Part shown: positions 12,801-27,549 of the stretch, one piece after another
How positions within the stretch are numbered: the stretch's first letter is position 1
How the letters are laid out: each line of letters begins with the position of its first letter
Assembly (NCBI GenBank): GCA_040954595.2
Contig: CM082593.2
Coordinates: 10,115,200 to 10,179,199, forward strand
Length of the DNA: 64,000 nt
Direction: 5' to 3'
Source of the DNA: Balanoglossus misakiensis
Taxonomy: Eukaryota > Animalia > Hemichordata
Notes under the pieces: generated by a model
The model's input: the letters and a program-made list of their open reading frames with translations, nothing else
The model's database searches: none
Told to the model about the DNA's origin: nothing
Position numbers and translations under genes: made by a program

Positions 12801-15800
12801 TTTTTGATTATTTTCACCCATGATTTTTTTCAAAAATCGACAAAATTTTTAGATTTTGCAAAGTCGAAAATTTGTCATTTTTTGATGATTTTCACCATGA
12901 CTTTTTTTTTAAAAATCGACGAAATTTTGAGATTTTGCAAAGACGAAAATTTGTCATTTTTTGATGATTTTCACCCATGATTTTTTTTCAAAAATGTACG
13001 AAATTTTGAGATTTTGCAAAGACAAATTTTTTTCATTTTTTGATGATTTTCACCCATGATTTTTTTCAAAAATCGACGAAATTTGAGATTTTGCAAATTC
13101 GAAAATTTGTAATTTTTTGTTGATTTTCACCCTTTTTTTTCAAAAATCAACGAACCCATGATTTTTTTTCAAAAATCGACAAAATTTTGAGATTTTGCAA
13201 AGCCGAAAATTTGTCATTTTTTGATGATTTTCACCCATGATTTTTCTCAAAAATCGACGAAATTTTGAGATTTTGCAAAGACGAAAATTTGTCATTTTTT
13301 GATGATTTTCACCCATGATTTTTTTTCAAAAATCTGCGAAATTTTGAGATTTTGCAAAGTCGAAAATTTGTCATTTATTAATGATTTTCACCCATGATTT
13401 TTTTCAAAAATCGACGAAATTTGAGATTTTGCAAATTCGAAAATTTGTAATTTTTTGTTGATTTTCACCCTTTTTTTTCAAAAATCAACGAACCCATGAT
13501 TTTTGTTCAAAAATCGACAAAATTTAGAGATTTTGCAAAGTCGTAAATTTGTCATTTTTTGATGATTTTCACCCATGATTTTTTTTTCAAAAACCGACAA
13601 AATTTTGAGATTTTGCAAAGTCGAAAATTTGTCATTTTTTGATGATTTTCACCATGATTTTTTTTTCAAAAATCGACGAAATTTTGAGATTTTGCAAAGT
13701 CGAAAATTTGTCATTTTTTGATGATTTTCACCCATGATTTTTTTTCAAAAATCGACGAAATTTTTAGATTTTGCAAAGTCGAAAATTTGTCATTTATTAA
13801 TGATTTTCACCCATGATTTTTTTTCAAAAATCGACAAAATTTTGAGATTTTGCAAAGTCGAAAATTTGTAAATTTTTGATGATTTTCACCCATGTTTTTT
13901 TTCAAAATTGAACGAACCCATGATTTGTTTCAAAAATCGACGAAATTTTGAGATTTTGCAAAGTCGAAAATTTGTCATTTTTTGATGATTTTCACCCATG
14001 ATTTTTTTCAAAAATCGACAAAATTTTTAGATTTTGCAAAGTCGAAAATTTGTCATTTTTTGATTATTTTCACCCATGATTTTTTTCAAAAATCGACAAA
14101 ATATTTAGATTTTGCAAAGTCGAAAATTTGTCATTTTTTGATGATTTTCACCATGATTTTTTTTTAAAAATCGACGAAATTTTGAGATTTTGCAAAGACG
14201 AAAATTTGTCATTTTTTAATGATTTTCACCCATGTTTTTTTTCAAAAATAAACGAACCCATGATTTTTTTTCAAAAAAGGACAAAATTTTGAGATTTTGC
14301 AAAGTCGAAAATTTGTCATTTTTTGATGATTTTCACCCATGATTTTTCTCAAAAATCGACGAAATTTTGAGATTTTGCAAAGTCGAAAATTTGTCATTTA
14401 TTGATGATTTTCACCCATGATTTTTTTTCAAAAATCGACGAAATTTTGAGATTTTGCAAAGTCGAAAATTTGTCATTTATTAATGATTTTCACCCATGAT
14501 TTTTTTTCAAAAATCGACAAAATTTTGAGATTTTGCAAAGTCGAAAATTTGTAATTTTTTGATGATTTTCACCCATGGTTTTTTTCAAAATTGAACGAAC
14601 CCATGATTTTTTTCAAAAATCGACGAAATTTTGAGATTTTGCAAAGTCGAAAATTTGTCATTTTTTGATGATTTTCACCCATGATTTTTTTCAAAAATCG
14701 AAAAAATTTTTAGATTTTGCAAAGTCGAAAATTTGTCATTTTTTGATTATTTTCACCCATGATTTTTTTCAAAAATCGACAAAATTTTTAGATTTTGCAA
14801 AGTCGAAAATTTGTCATTTTTTGATGATTTTCACCATGACTTTTTTTTTAAAAATCGACGAAATTTTGAGATTTTGCAAAGACGAAAATTTGTCATTTTT
14901 TGATGATTTTCACCCATGATTTTTTTTCAAAAATGTACGAAATTTTGAGATTTTGCAAAGACAAATTTTTTTCATTTTTTGATGATTTTCACCCATGATT
15001 TTTTTCAAAAATCGACGAAATTTGAGATTTTGCAAATTCGAAAATTTGTAATTTTTTGTTGATTTTCACCCTTTTTTTTCAAAAATCAACGAACCCATGA
15101 TTTTTTTTCAAAAATCGACAAAATTTTGAGATTTTGCAAAGCCGAAAATTTGTCATTTTTTGATGATTTTCACCCATGATTTTTCTCAAAAATCGACGAA
15201 ATTTTGAGATTTTGCAAAGACGAAAATTTGTCATTTTTTGATGATTTTCACCCATGATTTTTTTTCAAAAATCTGCGAAATTTTGAGATTTTGCAAAGTC
15301 GAAAATTTGTCATTTATTAATGATTTTCACCCATGATTTTTTTCAAAAATCGACGAAATTTGAGATTTTGCAAATTCGAAAATTTGTAATTTTTTGTTGA
15401 TTTTCACCCTTTTTTTTCAAAAATCAACGAACCCATGATTTTTGTTCAAAAATCGACAAAATTTAGAGATTTTGCAAAGTCGTAAATTTGTCATTTTTTG
15501 ATGATTTTCACCCATGATTTTTTTTTCAAAAACCGACAAAATTTTGAGATTTTGCAAAGTCGAAAATTTGTCATTTTTTGATGATTTTCACCATGATTTT
15601 TTTTTAAAAAATCGACGAAATTTTGAGATTTTGCAAAGTCGAAAATTTGTCATTTTTTGATGATTTTCACCCATGATTTTTTTCAAAAATTGACGAAATT
15701 TGAGATTTTGCAAAGTCGAAAATTTGTCATTTTTTGATGATTTTCACCCATGATTTTTTACAAAAATCGACGAAATTTTGAGATTTTGCAAATTCGAAAA

Positions 15801-18800
15801 TTTGTAATTTTTTGATGATTTTCACCCATGTTTTTTTTCAAAAATCAACGAACGCATGATTTTTTTTCAAAAATCGACCAAATTTTGGGATTTTGCAAAG
15901 ACGAAAATTTGTCATTTTTTGATGATTTTCACCCATGATTTTTCTCAAAAATCGACGAAATTTTGAGATTTTGCAAAGTCGAAAATTTGTCATTTTTTGA
16001 TGATTTTCACCCATGATTTTTTTCAAAAATCGACGAAATTTGAGATTTTGCAAATTCGAAAATTTGTAATTTTTTGTTGATTTTCACCCTTTTTTTCAAA
16101 AATCAACGAACCCATGATTTTTTTTCAAAAATCGACAAAATTTTGAGATTTTGCAAAGCCGAAAATTTGTCATTTTTTGATGATTTTCACCCATGATTTT
16201 TCTCAAAAATCGACGAAATTTTGAGATTTTGCAAAGACGAAAATTTGTCATTTTTTGATGATTTTCACCCATGATTTTTTTCAAAAATCTGCGAAATTTT
16301 GAGATTTTGCAAAGTCGAAAATTTGTCATTTATTAATGATTTTCACCCATGATTTTTTTCAAAAATCGACGAAATTTGAGATTTTGCAAATTCGAAAATT
16401 TGTAATTTTTTGTTGATTTTCACCCTTTTTTTTCAAAAATCAACGAACCCATGATTTTTTTTCAAAAATCGACAAAATTTTGAGATTTTGCAAAGCCGAA
16501 AATTTGTCATTTTTTGATGATTTTCACCCATAATTTTTCTCAAAAATCGACGAAATTTTGAGATTTTGCAAAGTCGAAAATTTTTCATTTTTTGATGATT
16601 TTCACCCATGATTTTTTTCAAAAATCGACGAAATTTTGAGATTTTGCAAAGTCGAAAAGTTGTCATTTTTTGATGATTTTCACCCATGATTTTTTTTAAA
16701 AATCTGCGAAATTTTGAGATTTTGCAAAGTCGAAAATGTGTCATTTATTAATGATTTTCACCCATGATTTTTTTTCAAAAATCGACAAAATTTTGAGATT
16801 TTGCAAAGTCGAAAATTTGTAATTTTTTGATGATTTTCACCCATGTTTTTTTTCAAAAATCAACGAACCCATGATTTTTTTCAAAAATCGACAACATTTT
16901 GAGATTTTGCAAAGTCGAAAATTTGTCATTTTTTGATGATTTTCACCCATGATTTTTCTCAAAAATCGACGAAATTTTGAGATTTTGCAAAGTCGAAAAT
17001 TTTTCATTTTTTGATGATTTTCACCCATGATTCTTTTCAAAAATCTACGAAATTTTGAGATTTTGCAAAGTCGAAAATTTGTCATTTTTTGATGATTTTC
17101 ACCCATGATTTTTTTTAAAAATCTGCGAAATTTTGAGATTTTGCAAAGTCGAAAATTTGTCATTTATTAATGATTTTCACCCATGATTTTTTTTCAAAAA
17201 TCGACAAAATTTTGAGATTTTGCAAAGTCGAAAATTTGTAATTTTTTGATGATTTTCACCCATGTTTTTTTTCAAAAATCAACGAACCCATGATTTTTTT
17301 CAAAAATCGACAACATTTTGAGATTTTGCAAAGTCGAAAATTTGTCATTTTTTGATGATTTTCACCCATGATTTTTCTCAAAAATCGACGAAATTTTGAG
17401 ATTTTGCAAAGTCGAAAATTTTTCATTTTTTGATGATTTTCACCCATGATTCTTTTCAAAAATCTACGAATTTTTGAGATTTTGCAAAGTCGAAAATTTG
17501 TCATTTTTTGATGATTTTCACACATGATTTTTTTTCAAAAATCTGCGAAATTTTGAGATTTTGCAAAGTCGAAAATTTGTCATTTTTTGATGATTTTCAC
17601 CCATGATTTTTTTTCAAAAAATCGACGAAATTTTGAGATTTTGCAAAGTCGAAAATTTGTCATTTTTTGATTATTTTCACCCATGATTTTTTTTTTCAAA
17701 AAATCGACACAATTTTGAGATTTTGCAAAGTCGAAAATGTGTCATTTTTTGATGATTTTCACCCATGATTTTTTTCAAAAATCGACGAAATTTGAGATTT
17801 TGCAAAGTCGAAAATTTGTCATTTTTTGATGATTTTCACCCATGATTTTTTTTCAAAAATCGTCGAAATTTTGAGATTTTGCAAAGTCGAAAATTTGTCA
17901 TTTTTTGATGATTTTCACCCATGATTTTTCTCAAAAATCGACGAAATTTTGAGATTTTGCAAAGTCGAAAATTTGTCATTTTTTGATGATTTTCACCCAT
18001 GTTTTTTTCAAAATTGAACGAACCCATGATTTTTTTCAAAAATCGACGAAATTTTGAGATTTTGCAAAGTAGAAAATTTGTCATTTTTTAATGATTTTCA
18101 CCCATGATTTTTTTCAAAAATCGACGAAATTTTGAGATTTTGCAAAGTCGAAAATTTGTCATTTTTTGATGATTTTCACCCATGATTTTTTTCAAAAATC
18201 GACGAAATTTTGAGATTTTGCAAAGTCGAAAATTTGTCATTTTTTGATGATTTTCACCCATGATTTTTTTCAAAAATCGACAAAATTTCTAGATTTTGCA
18301 AAGTCGAAAATTTGTCATTTTTTGATTATTTTCACCCATGATTTTTTTCAAAAATCGACAAAATTTTTAGATTTTGCAAAGTCGAAAATTTGTCATTTTT
18401 TGATGATTTTCACCATGATTTTTTTTTAAAAATCGACGAAATTTTGAGATTTTGCAAAGACGAAAATTTGTCATTTTTTGATGATTTTCACCCATGTTTT
18501 TTTTCAAAAATCAACGAACCCATGATTTTTTTTCAAAAAAGGACAAAATTTTGAGATTTTGCAAAGTCGAAAATTTGTCATTTATTAATGATTTTCACCC
18601 ATGATTTTTTTTCAAAAATCGACAAAATTTTGAGATTTTGCAAAGTCGAAAATTTGTAATTTTTTGATGATTTTCACCCATGTTTTTTTCAAAATTGAAC
18701 GAACCCATGATTTTTTTCAAAAATCGACGAAATTTTGAGATTTTGCAAGTCGAAAATTTGTCATTTTTTGATGATTTTCACCCATGATTTTTTTCAAAAA

Positions 18801-21800
18801 TCGACAAAATTTTTAGATTTTGCAAAGTCGAAAATTTGTCATTTTTTGATTATTTTCACCCATGATTTTTTTCAAAAATCGACAAAATTTTTAGATTTTG
18901 CAAAGTCGAAAATTTGTCATTTTTTGATGATTTTCACCATGATTTTTTTTTAAAAATCGACGAAATTTTGAGATTTTGCAAAGACGAAAATTTGTCATTT
19001 TTTGATGATTTTCACCCATGTTTTTTTTCAAAAATCAACGAACCCATGATTTTTTTTCAAAAAAGGACAAAATTTTGAGATTTTGCAAAGTCGAAAATTT
19101 GTCATTTATTAATGATTTTCACCCATGATTTTTTTTCAAAAATCGACAAAATTTTGAGATTTTGCAAAGTCGAAAATTTGTAATTTTTTGATGATTTTCA
19201 CCCATGTTTTTTTCAAAATTGAACGAACCCATGATTTTTTTCAAAAATCGACGAAATTTTGAGATTTTGCAAAGTCGAAAATTTGTCATTTTTTGATGAT
19301 TTTCACCCATGATTTTTTTCAAAAATCGACAAAATTTTTAGATTTTGCAAAGTCGAAAATTTGTCATTTTTTGATTATTTTCACCCATGATTTTTTTCAA
19401 AAATCGACAAAATTTTTAGATTTTGCAAAGTCGAAAATTTGTCATTTTTTGATGATTTTCACCATGATTTTTTTTTTAAAAATCGACGAAATTTTGAGAT
19501 TTTGCAAAGACGAAAATTTGTCATTTTTTGATGATTTTCACCCATGATTTTTTTTCAAAAATGTACGAAATTTTGAGATTTTGCAAAGTCGAAAATTTGT
19601 CGTTTTTTGATGATTTTCACCCATGATTTTTTTCAAAAATCGACAAAATTTTGAGATTTTGCAAAGACGAAAATTTGTCATTTTTTGATGATTTTCACCC
19701 ATGATTTTTTTCAAAAGTCGACGAAATTTTGAGATTTTGCAAAGACAAAATTTTTTCATTTTTTGATGATTTTCACCCGTGATTTTTTTCAAAAATAGAC
19801 AAAATTTTAAGATTTTGCAAAGTCGAAAATTTGTAATTTTTTGATGATTTTCACCCATGTTTTTTTTCAAAATTGAACGAACCCAAGATTTTTTTCAAAA
19901 ATCGACGAAATTTTGAGATTTTGCAAAGTCGAAAATTTGTCATTTTTTGATGATTTTCACCCATGATTTTTTTCAAAAATCGACGAAATTTTGAGATTTT
20001 GCAAAGTCGAAAATTTGTCATTTTTTGATGATTTTCACCCAAGACTTTTTTTCAAAAATTTACGAAATTTTGAGATTTTGCAAAGTCGAAAATTTGTCAT
20101 TTTTTGATGATTTTCACCCATGTTTTTTTTTTTCAAAAATCGACGAAATTTTGAGATTTTGCAAATTCGAAAATTTGTAATTTTTTGATGATTTTCACCC
20201 ATGATTTTTTTCAAAAGTCGACGAAATTTTGAGATTTTGCAAAGACAAAATTTTTTCATTTTTTGATGATTTTCACCCGTGATTTTTTTCAAAAATAGAC
20301 AAAATTTTATGATTTTGCAAAGTCGAAAATTTGTAATTTTTTGATGATTTTCACCCATGTTTTTTTTCAAAATTGAACGAACCCAAGATTTTTTTCAAAA
20401 ATCGACGAAATTTTGAGATTTTGCAAAGTCGAAAATTTGTCATTTTTTGATGATTTTCACCCATGATTTTTTTCAAAAATCGACGAAATTTTGAGATTTT
20501 GCAAAGTCGAAAATTTGTCATTTTTTGATGATTTTCACCCAAGACTTTTTTTCAAAAATTTACGAAATTTTGAGATTTTGCAAAGTCGAAAATTTGTCAT
20601 TTTTTGATGATTTTCACCCATGTTTTTTTTTTTCAAAAATCGACGAAATTTTGAGATTTTGCAAATTCGAAAATTTGTAATTTTTTGATGATTTTCACCC
20701 ATGTTTTTTTTCAAAATTGAACGAACCCATGATTTTTTTCAAAAATCGACGAAATTTTGAGATTTTGCAAAGTCGAAAATTTGTCATTTTTTGATGATTT
20801 TCACCCATGATTTTTTTCAAAAATCGACAAAATTTTTAGATTTTGCAAAGTCGAAAATTTGTCATTTTTTGATTATTTTCACCCATGATTTTTTTCAAAA
20901 ATCGACAAAATTTTTAGATTTTGCAAGGTCGAAAATTTGTCATTTTTTGATGATTTTCACCATGATTTTTTTTTAAAAATCGACGAAATTTTGTGATTTT
21001 GCAAAGACGAAAATTTGTCATTTTTTGATGATTTTCACCCATGTTTTTTTTCAAAAATCAACGAACCCATGATTTTTTTTCAAAAAAGGACAAAATTTTG
21101 AGATTTTGCAAAGTCGAAAATTTGTCATTTTTTGATGATTTTCACCCATGATTTTTCTCAAAAATCGACGAAATTTTGAGATTTTGCAAAGTCGAAAATT
21201 TGTCATTTTTTGATGATTTTCACCCATGATTTTTTTTCAAAAATCGACGAAATTTTGAGATTTTGCAAAGTCGAAAATTTGTCATTTATTAATGATTTTC
21301 ACCCATGATTTTTTTTCAAAAATCGACAAAATTTTGAGATTTTGCAAAGTCGAAAATTTGTAATTTTTTGATGATTTTCACCCATGTTTTTTTTCAAAAT
21401 TGAACGAACCCATGATTTTTTTCAAAAATCGACGAAATTTTGAGATTTTGCAAAGTCGAAAATTTGTCATTTTTTGATGATTTTCACCCATGATTTTTTT
21501 CAAAAATCGACAAAATTTTTAGATTTTGCAAAGTCGAAAATTTGTCATTTTTTGATTATTTTCACCCATGATTTTTTTCAAAAATCGACAAAATTTTTAG
21601 ATTTTGCAAAGTCGAAAATTTGTCATTTTTGATGATTTTCACCATGATTTTTTTTTAAAAATCGACGAAATTTTGAGATTTTGCAAAGACGAAAATTTGT
21701 CATTTTTTGATGATTTTCACCCATGTTTTTTTTCAAAAATCAACGAACCCATGATTTTTTTTCAAAAAAGGACAAAATTTTGAGATTTTGCAAAGTCGAA

Positions 21801-24800
21801 AATTTGTCATTTATTAATGATTTTCACCCATGATTTTTTTTCAAAAATGTACGAAATTTTGAGATTTTACAAAGTCGAAAATTTGTCGTTTTTTGATGAT
21901 TTTCACCCATGATTTTTTTCAAAAATCGACAAAATTTTGAGATTTTGCAAAGACGAAAATTTGTCATTTTTTGATGATTTTCACCCATGATTTTTTTCAA
22001 AAGTCGACGAAATTTTGAGATTTTGCAAAGACAAATTTTTTTCATTTTTTGATGATTTTCACCCGTGATTTTTTTCAAAAATAGACAAAATTTTGAGATT
22101 TTGCAAAGTCGAAAATTTGTAATTTTTTGATGATTTTCACTCATGTTTTTTTTCAAAATTGAACGAACCCATGATTTTTTTCAAAAATCGACGAAATTTT
22201 GAGATTTTGCAAAGTCGAAAATTTGTCATTTTTTGATGATTTTCACCCATGATTTTTTTCAAAAATCGACGAAATTTTGAGATTTTGCAAAGTGGAAAAT
22301 TTGTCATTTTTTGATGATTTTCACCCAAGACTTTTTTTCAAAAATTTACGAAATTTTGAGATTTTGCAAAGTCGAAAATTTGTCATTTTTTGATGATTTT
22401 CACCCGTTTTTTTTTTTCAAAAATCGACGAAATTTTGAGATTTTGCAAATTCGAAAATTTGTAATTTTTTGATGATTTTCACCCATGTTTTTTTTCAAAA
22501 ATCAACGAACCCATGATTTTTTTTCAAAAGAGGACAAAATTTTGAGATTTTGCAAAGTCGAAAATTTGTCATTTTTTGATGATTTTGACCCATGATTTTT
22601 TTCAAAAATCGACGAAATTTTGAGATTTTGCAAAGTCGAAAATTTGTCATTTTTTGATGATTTTCACCCATGATTTTTTTTCAAAAATCGACGAAATTTT
22701 TAGATTTTGCAAAGTCGAAAATTTGTCATTTATTAATGATTTTCACCCATGATTTTTTTTCAAAAATCGACAAAATTTTGAGATTTTGCAAAGTCGAAAA
22801 TTTGTAAATTTTTGATGATTTTCACCCATGTTTTTTTTCAAAATTGAACGAACCCATGATTTTTTTCAAAAATCGACGAAATTTTGAGATTTTGCAAAGT
22901 CGAAAATTTGTCATTTTTTGATGATTTTCACCCATGATTTTTTTCAAAAATCGACAAAATTTTTAGATTTTGCAAAGTCGAAAATTTGTCATTTTTTGAT
23001 TATTTACACCCATGATTTTTTTCAAAAATCGACAAAATATTTAGATTTTGCAAAGTCGAAAATTTGTCATTTTTTGATGATTTTCACCATGATTTTTTTT
23101 TAAAAATCGACGAAATTTTGAGATTTTGCAAAGACGAAAATTTGTCATTTTTTAATGATTTTCACCCATGTTTTTTTTCAAAAATAAACGAACCCATGAT
23201 TTTTTTTCAAAAAAGGACAAAATTTTGAGATTTTGCAAAGTCGAAAATTTGTCATTTTTTGATGATTTTTACCCATGATTTTTCTCAAAAATCGACGAAA
23301 TTTTGAGATTTTGCAAAGTCGAAAATTTGTCATTTATTGATGATTTTCACCCATGATTTTTTTTCAAAAATCGACGAAATTTTGAGATTTTGCAAAGTCG
23401 AAAATTTGTCATTTATTAATGATTTTCACCCATGATTTTTTTTCAAAAATCGACAAAATTTTGAGATTTTGCAAAGTCGAAAATTTGTAATTTTTTGATG
23501 ATTTTCACCCATGGTTTTTTTCAAAATTGAACGAACCCATGATTTTTTTCAAAAATCGACAAAATTTTTAGATTTTGCAAAGTCGAAAATTTGTCATTTT
23601 TTGATGATTTTCACCATGATTTTTTTTTTAAAAATCGACGAAATTTTGAGATTTTGCAAAGACGAAAATTTGTCATTTTTTGATGATTTTCACCCATGAT
23701 TTTTTTTCAAAAATGTACGAAATTTTGAGATTTTGCAAAGACAAATTTTTTTCATTTTTTGATGATTTTCACCCATGATTTTTTTCAAAAATCGACGAAA
23801 TTTGAGATTTTGCAAATTCGAAAATTTGTAATTTTTTGTTGATTTTCACCCTTTTTTTTCAAAAATCAACGAACCCATGATTTTTTTTCAAAAATCGACA
23901 AAATTTTGAGATTTTGCAAAGCCGAAAATTTGTCATTTTTTGATGATTTTCACCCATGATTTTTCTCAAAAATCGACGAAATTTTGAGATTTTGCAAAGA
24001 CGAAAATTTGTCATTTTTTGATGATTTTCACCCATGATTTTTTTTCAAAAATCTGCGAAATTTTGAGATTTTGCAAAGTCGAAAATTTGTCATTTATTAA
24101 TGATTTTCACCCATGATTTTTTTCAAAAATCGACGAAATTTGAGATTTTGCAAATTCGAAAATTTGTAATTTTTTGTTGATTTTCACCCTTTTTTTTCAA
24201 AAATCAACGAACCCATGATTTTTTTTCAAAAATCGACAAAATTTAGAGATTTTGCAAAGTCGTAAATTTGTCATTTTTTGATGATTTTCACCCATGATTT
24301 TTTTTTCAAAAACCGACAAAATTTTGAGATTTTGCAAAGTCGAAAATTTGTCATTTTTTGATTATTTTCACCCATGATTTTTTTCAAAAATCGACAAAAT
24401 TTTTAGATTTTGCAAAGTCGAAAATTTGTCATTTTTTGATGATTTTCACCATGATTTTTTTTTAAAAAATCGACGAAATTTTGAGATTTTGCAAAGTCGA
24501 AAATTTGTCATTTTTTGATGATTTTCACCCATGATTTTTTTCAAAAATTGACGAAATTTGAGATTTTGCAAAGTCGAAAATTTGTCATTTTTTGATGATT
24601 TTCACCCATGATTTTTTTCAAAAATCGACGAAATTTTGAGATTTTGCAAATTCGAAAATTTGTAATTTTTTGATGATTTTCACCCATGTTTTTTTTCAAA
24701 AATCAACGAACGCATGATTTTTTTTCAAAAATCGACCAAATTTTGGGATTTTGCAAAGACGAAAATTTGTCATTTTTTGATGATTTTCACCCATGATTTT

Positions 24801-26950
24801 TCTCAAAAATCGACGAAATTTTGAGATTTTGCAAAGTCGAAAATTTGTCATTTTTTGATGATTTTCACCCATGATTTTTTTCAAAAATCGACGAAATTTG
24901 AGATTTTGCAAATTCGAAAATTTGTAATTTTTTGTTGATTTTCACCCTTTTTTTCAAAAATCAACGAACCCATGATTTTTTTTCAAAAATCGACAAAATT
25001 TTGAGATTTTGCAAAGCCGAAAATTTGTCATTTTTTGATGATTTTCACCCATGATTTTTCTCAAAAATCGACGAAATTTTGAGATTTTGCAAAGACGAAA
25101 ATTTGTCATTTTTTGATGATTTTCACCCATGATTTTTTTCAAAAATCTGCGAAATTTTGAGATTTTGCAAAGTCGAAAATTTGTCATTTATTAATGATTT
25201 TCACCCATGATTTTTTTCAAAAATCGACGAAATTTGAGATTTTGCAAATTCGAAAATTTGTAATTTTTTGTTGATTTTCACCCTTTTTTTTCAAAAATCA
25301 ACGAACCCATGATTTTTTTTCAAAAATCGACAAAATTTTGAGATTTTGCAAAGCCGAAAATTTGTCATTTTTTGATGATTTTCACCCATAATTTTTCTCA
25401 AAAATCGACGAAATTTTGAGATTTTGCAAAGTCGAAAATTTTTCATTTTTTGATGATTTTCACCCATGATTTTTTTCAAAAATCGACGAAATTTTGAGAT
25501 TTTGCAAAGTCGAAAAGTTGTCATTTTTTGATGATTTTCACCCATGATTTTTTTTAAAAATCTGCGAAATTTTGAGATTTTGCAAAGTCGAAAATTTGTC
25601 ATTTATTAATGATTTTCACCCATGATTTTTTTTCAAAAATCGACAAAATTTTGAGATTTTGCAAAGTCGAAAATTTGTAATTTTTTGATGATTTTCACCC
25701 ATGTTTTTTTTCAAAAATCAACGAACCCATGATTTTTTTCAAAAATCGACAACATTTTGAGATTTTGCAAAGTCGAAAATTTGTCATTTTTTGATGATTT
25801 TCACCCATGATTTTTCTCAAAAATCGACGAAATTTTGAGATTTTGCAAAGTCGAAAATTTTTCATTTTTTGATGATTTTCACCCATGATTCTTTTCAAAA
25901 ATCTACGAAATTTTGAGATTTTGCAAAGTCGAAAATTTGTCATTTTTTGATGATTTTCACCCATGATTTTTTTTAAAAATCTGCGAAATTTTGAGATTTT
26001 GCAAAGTCGAAAATTTGTCATTTATTAATGATTTTCACCCATGATTTTTTTTCAAAAATCGACGAAATTTTGAGATTTTGCAAAGTCGAAAATTTGTAAT
26101 TTTTTGATGATTTTCACCCATGTTTTTTTTCAAAAATCAACGAACCCATGATTTTTTTCAAAAATCGACAACATTTTGAGATTTTGCAAAGTCGAAAATT
26201 TGTCATTTTTTGATGATTTTCACCCATGATTTTTCTCAAAAATCGACGAAATTTTGAGATTTTGCAAAGTCGAAAATTTTTCATTTTTTGATGATTTTCA
26301 CCCATGATTCTTTTCAAAAATCTACGAATTTTTGAGATTTTGCAAAGTCGAAAATTTGTCATTTTTTGATGATTTTCACCCATGATTTTTTTTCAAAAAT
26401 CTGCGAAATTTTGAGATTTTGCAAAGTCGAAAATTTGTCATTTTTTGATGATTTTCACCCATGATTTTTTTTCAAAAAATCGACGAAATTTTGAGATTTT
26501 GCAAAGTCGAAAATTTGTCATTTTTTGATTATTTTCACCCATGATTTTTTTTTTCAAAAAATCGACACAATTTTGAGATTTTGCAAAGTCGAAAATGTGT
26601 CATTTTTTGATGATTTTCACCCATGATTTTTTTCAAAAATCGACGAAATTTGAGATTTTGCAAAGTCGAAAATTTGTCATTTTTTGATGATTTTCACCCA
26701 TGATTTTTTTTCAAAAATCGTCGAAATTTTGAGATTTTGCAAAGTCGAAAATTTGTCATTTTTTGATGATTTTCACCCATGATTTTTCTCAAAAATCGAC
26801 GAAATTTTGAGATTTTGCAAAGTCGAAAATTTGTCATTTTTTGATGATTTTCACCCATGTTTTTTTCAAAATTGAACGAACCCATGATTTTTTTCAAAAA
26901 TCGACGAAATTTTGAGATTTTGCAAAGTAGAAAATTTGTCATTTTTTAAT
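6900..26950. repeat. Higher-order tandem duplication of a ~9-11 kb satellite super-unit (~6900-18090 and ~18090-26950)
   Basis: The ordered ORF/variant series recurs: 7027/18244 and 7518/18735 (offset 11217), 10947/21824 (10877), 15838/24696, 16837/25695 and 17836/26694 (8858). The rare GCAAAGTAGAAA variant marks the end of both copies. Confidence 0.85.
11730..15610. repeat. Higher-order tandem duplication, unit 1939 bp (2 copies)
   Basis: Private variants recur at an offset of 1939: GATTTGTTTC at ~11982/13921 and AAAACCGACAA at ~13590/15529. ORF pairs 12043/13982 and 12726/14665 are identical. Confidence 0.9.
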
Positions 26951-27549
26951 GATTTTCACCCATGATTTTTTTCAAAAATCGACGAAATTTTGAGATTTTG
27001 CAAAGTCGAAAATTTGTCATTTTTTGATTATTTTCAACCATGATTTTTTTCAAAAATCAACGAACCCATGATTTTTTTTCAAAAATCGACAAAATTTTGA
27101 GATTTTGCAAAGTCGAAAATTTGTCATTTTTTGATGATTTTCACCCATGACTATTTTTTCAAAAATTTACGAAATTTTGAGATTTTGCAAAGTCGAAAAT
27201 TTGTCATTTTTTGATGATTTTCACCCATGGTTTTTTCAAAATTGAACGAACCCATGATTTTTTTTCAAAAATCGACAAAATTTTGAGATTTTGCAAAGTC
27301 GAAAATTTGTCATTTTTTGATGATTTTCACCCATGATTTTTCTCAAAAATCGACGAAATTTTGAGATTTTGGAAAGTCGAAAATTTGTCACTTTTTGATG
27401 ATTTTCACCCATAATTTTTTTTCAAAAATTGACGAAATTTTGAGATTTTGCAAAGTCGAAAATTTGTCATTTATTAATGATTTTCACCCATGATTTTTTT
27501 TTCAAAAATAGACAAAATTTTGAGATTTTGCAAAGTCGAAAATTTGTAA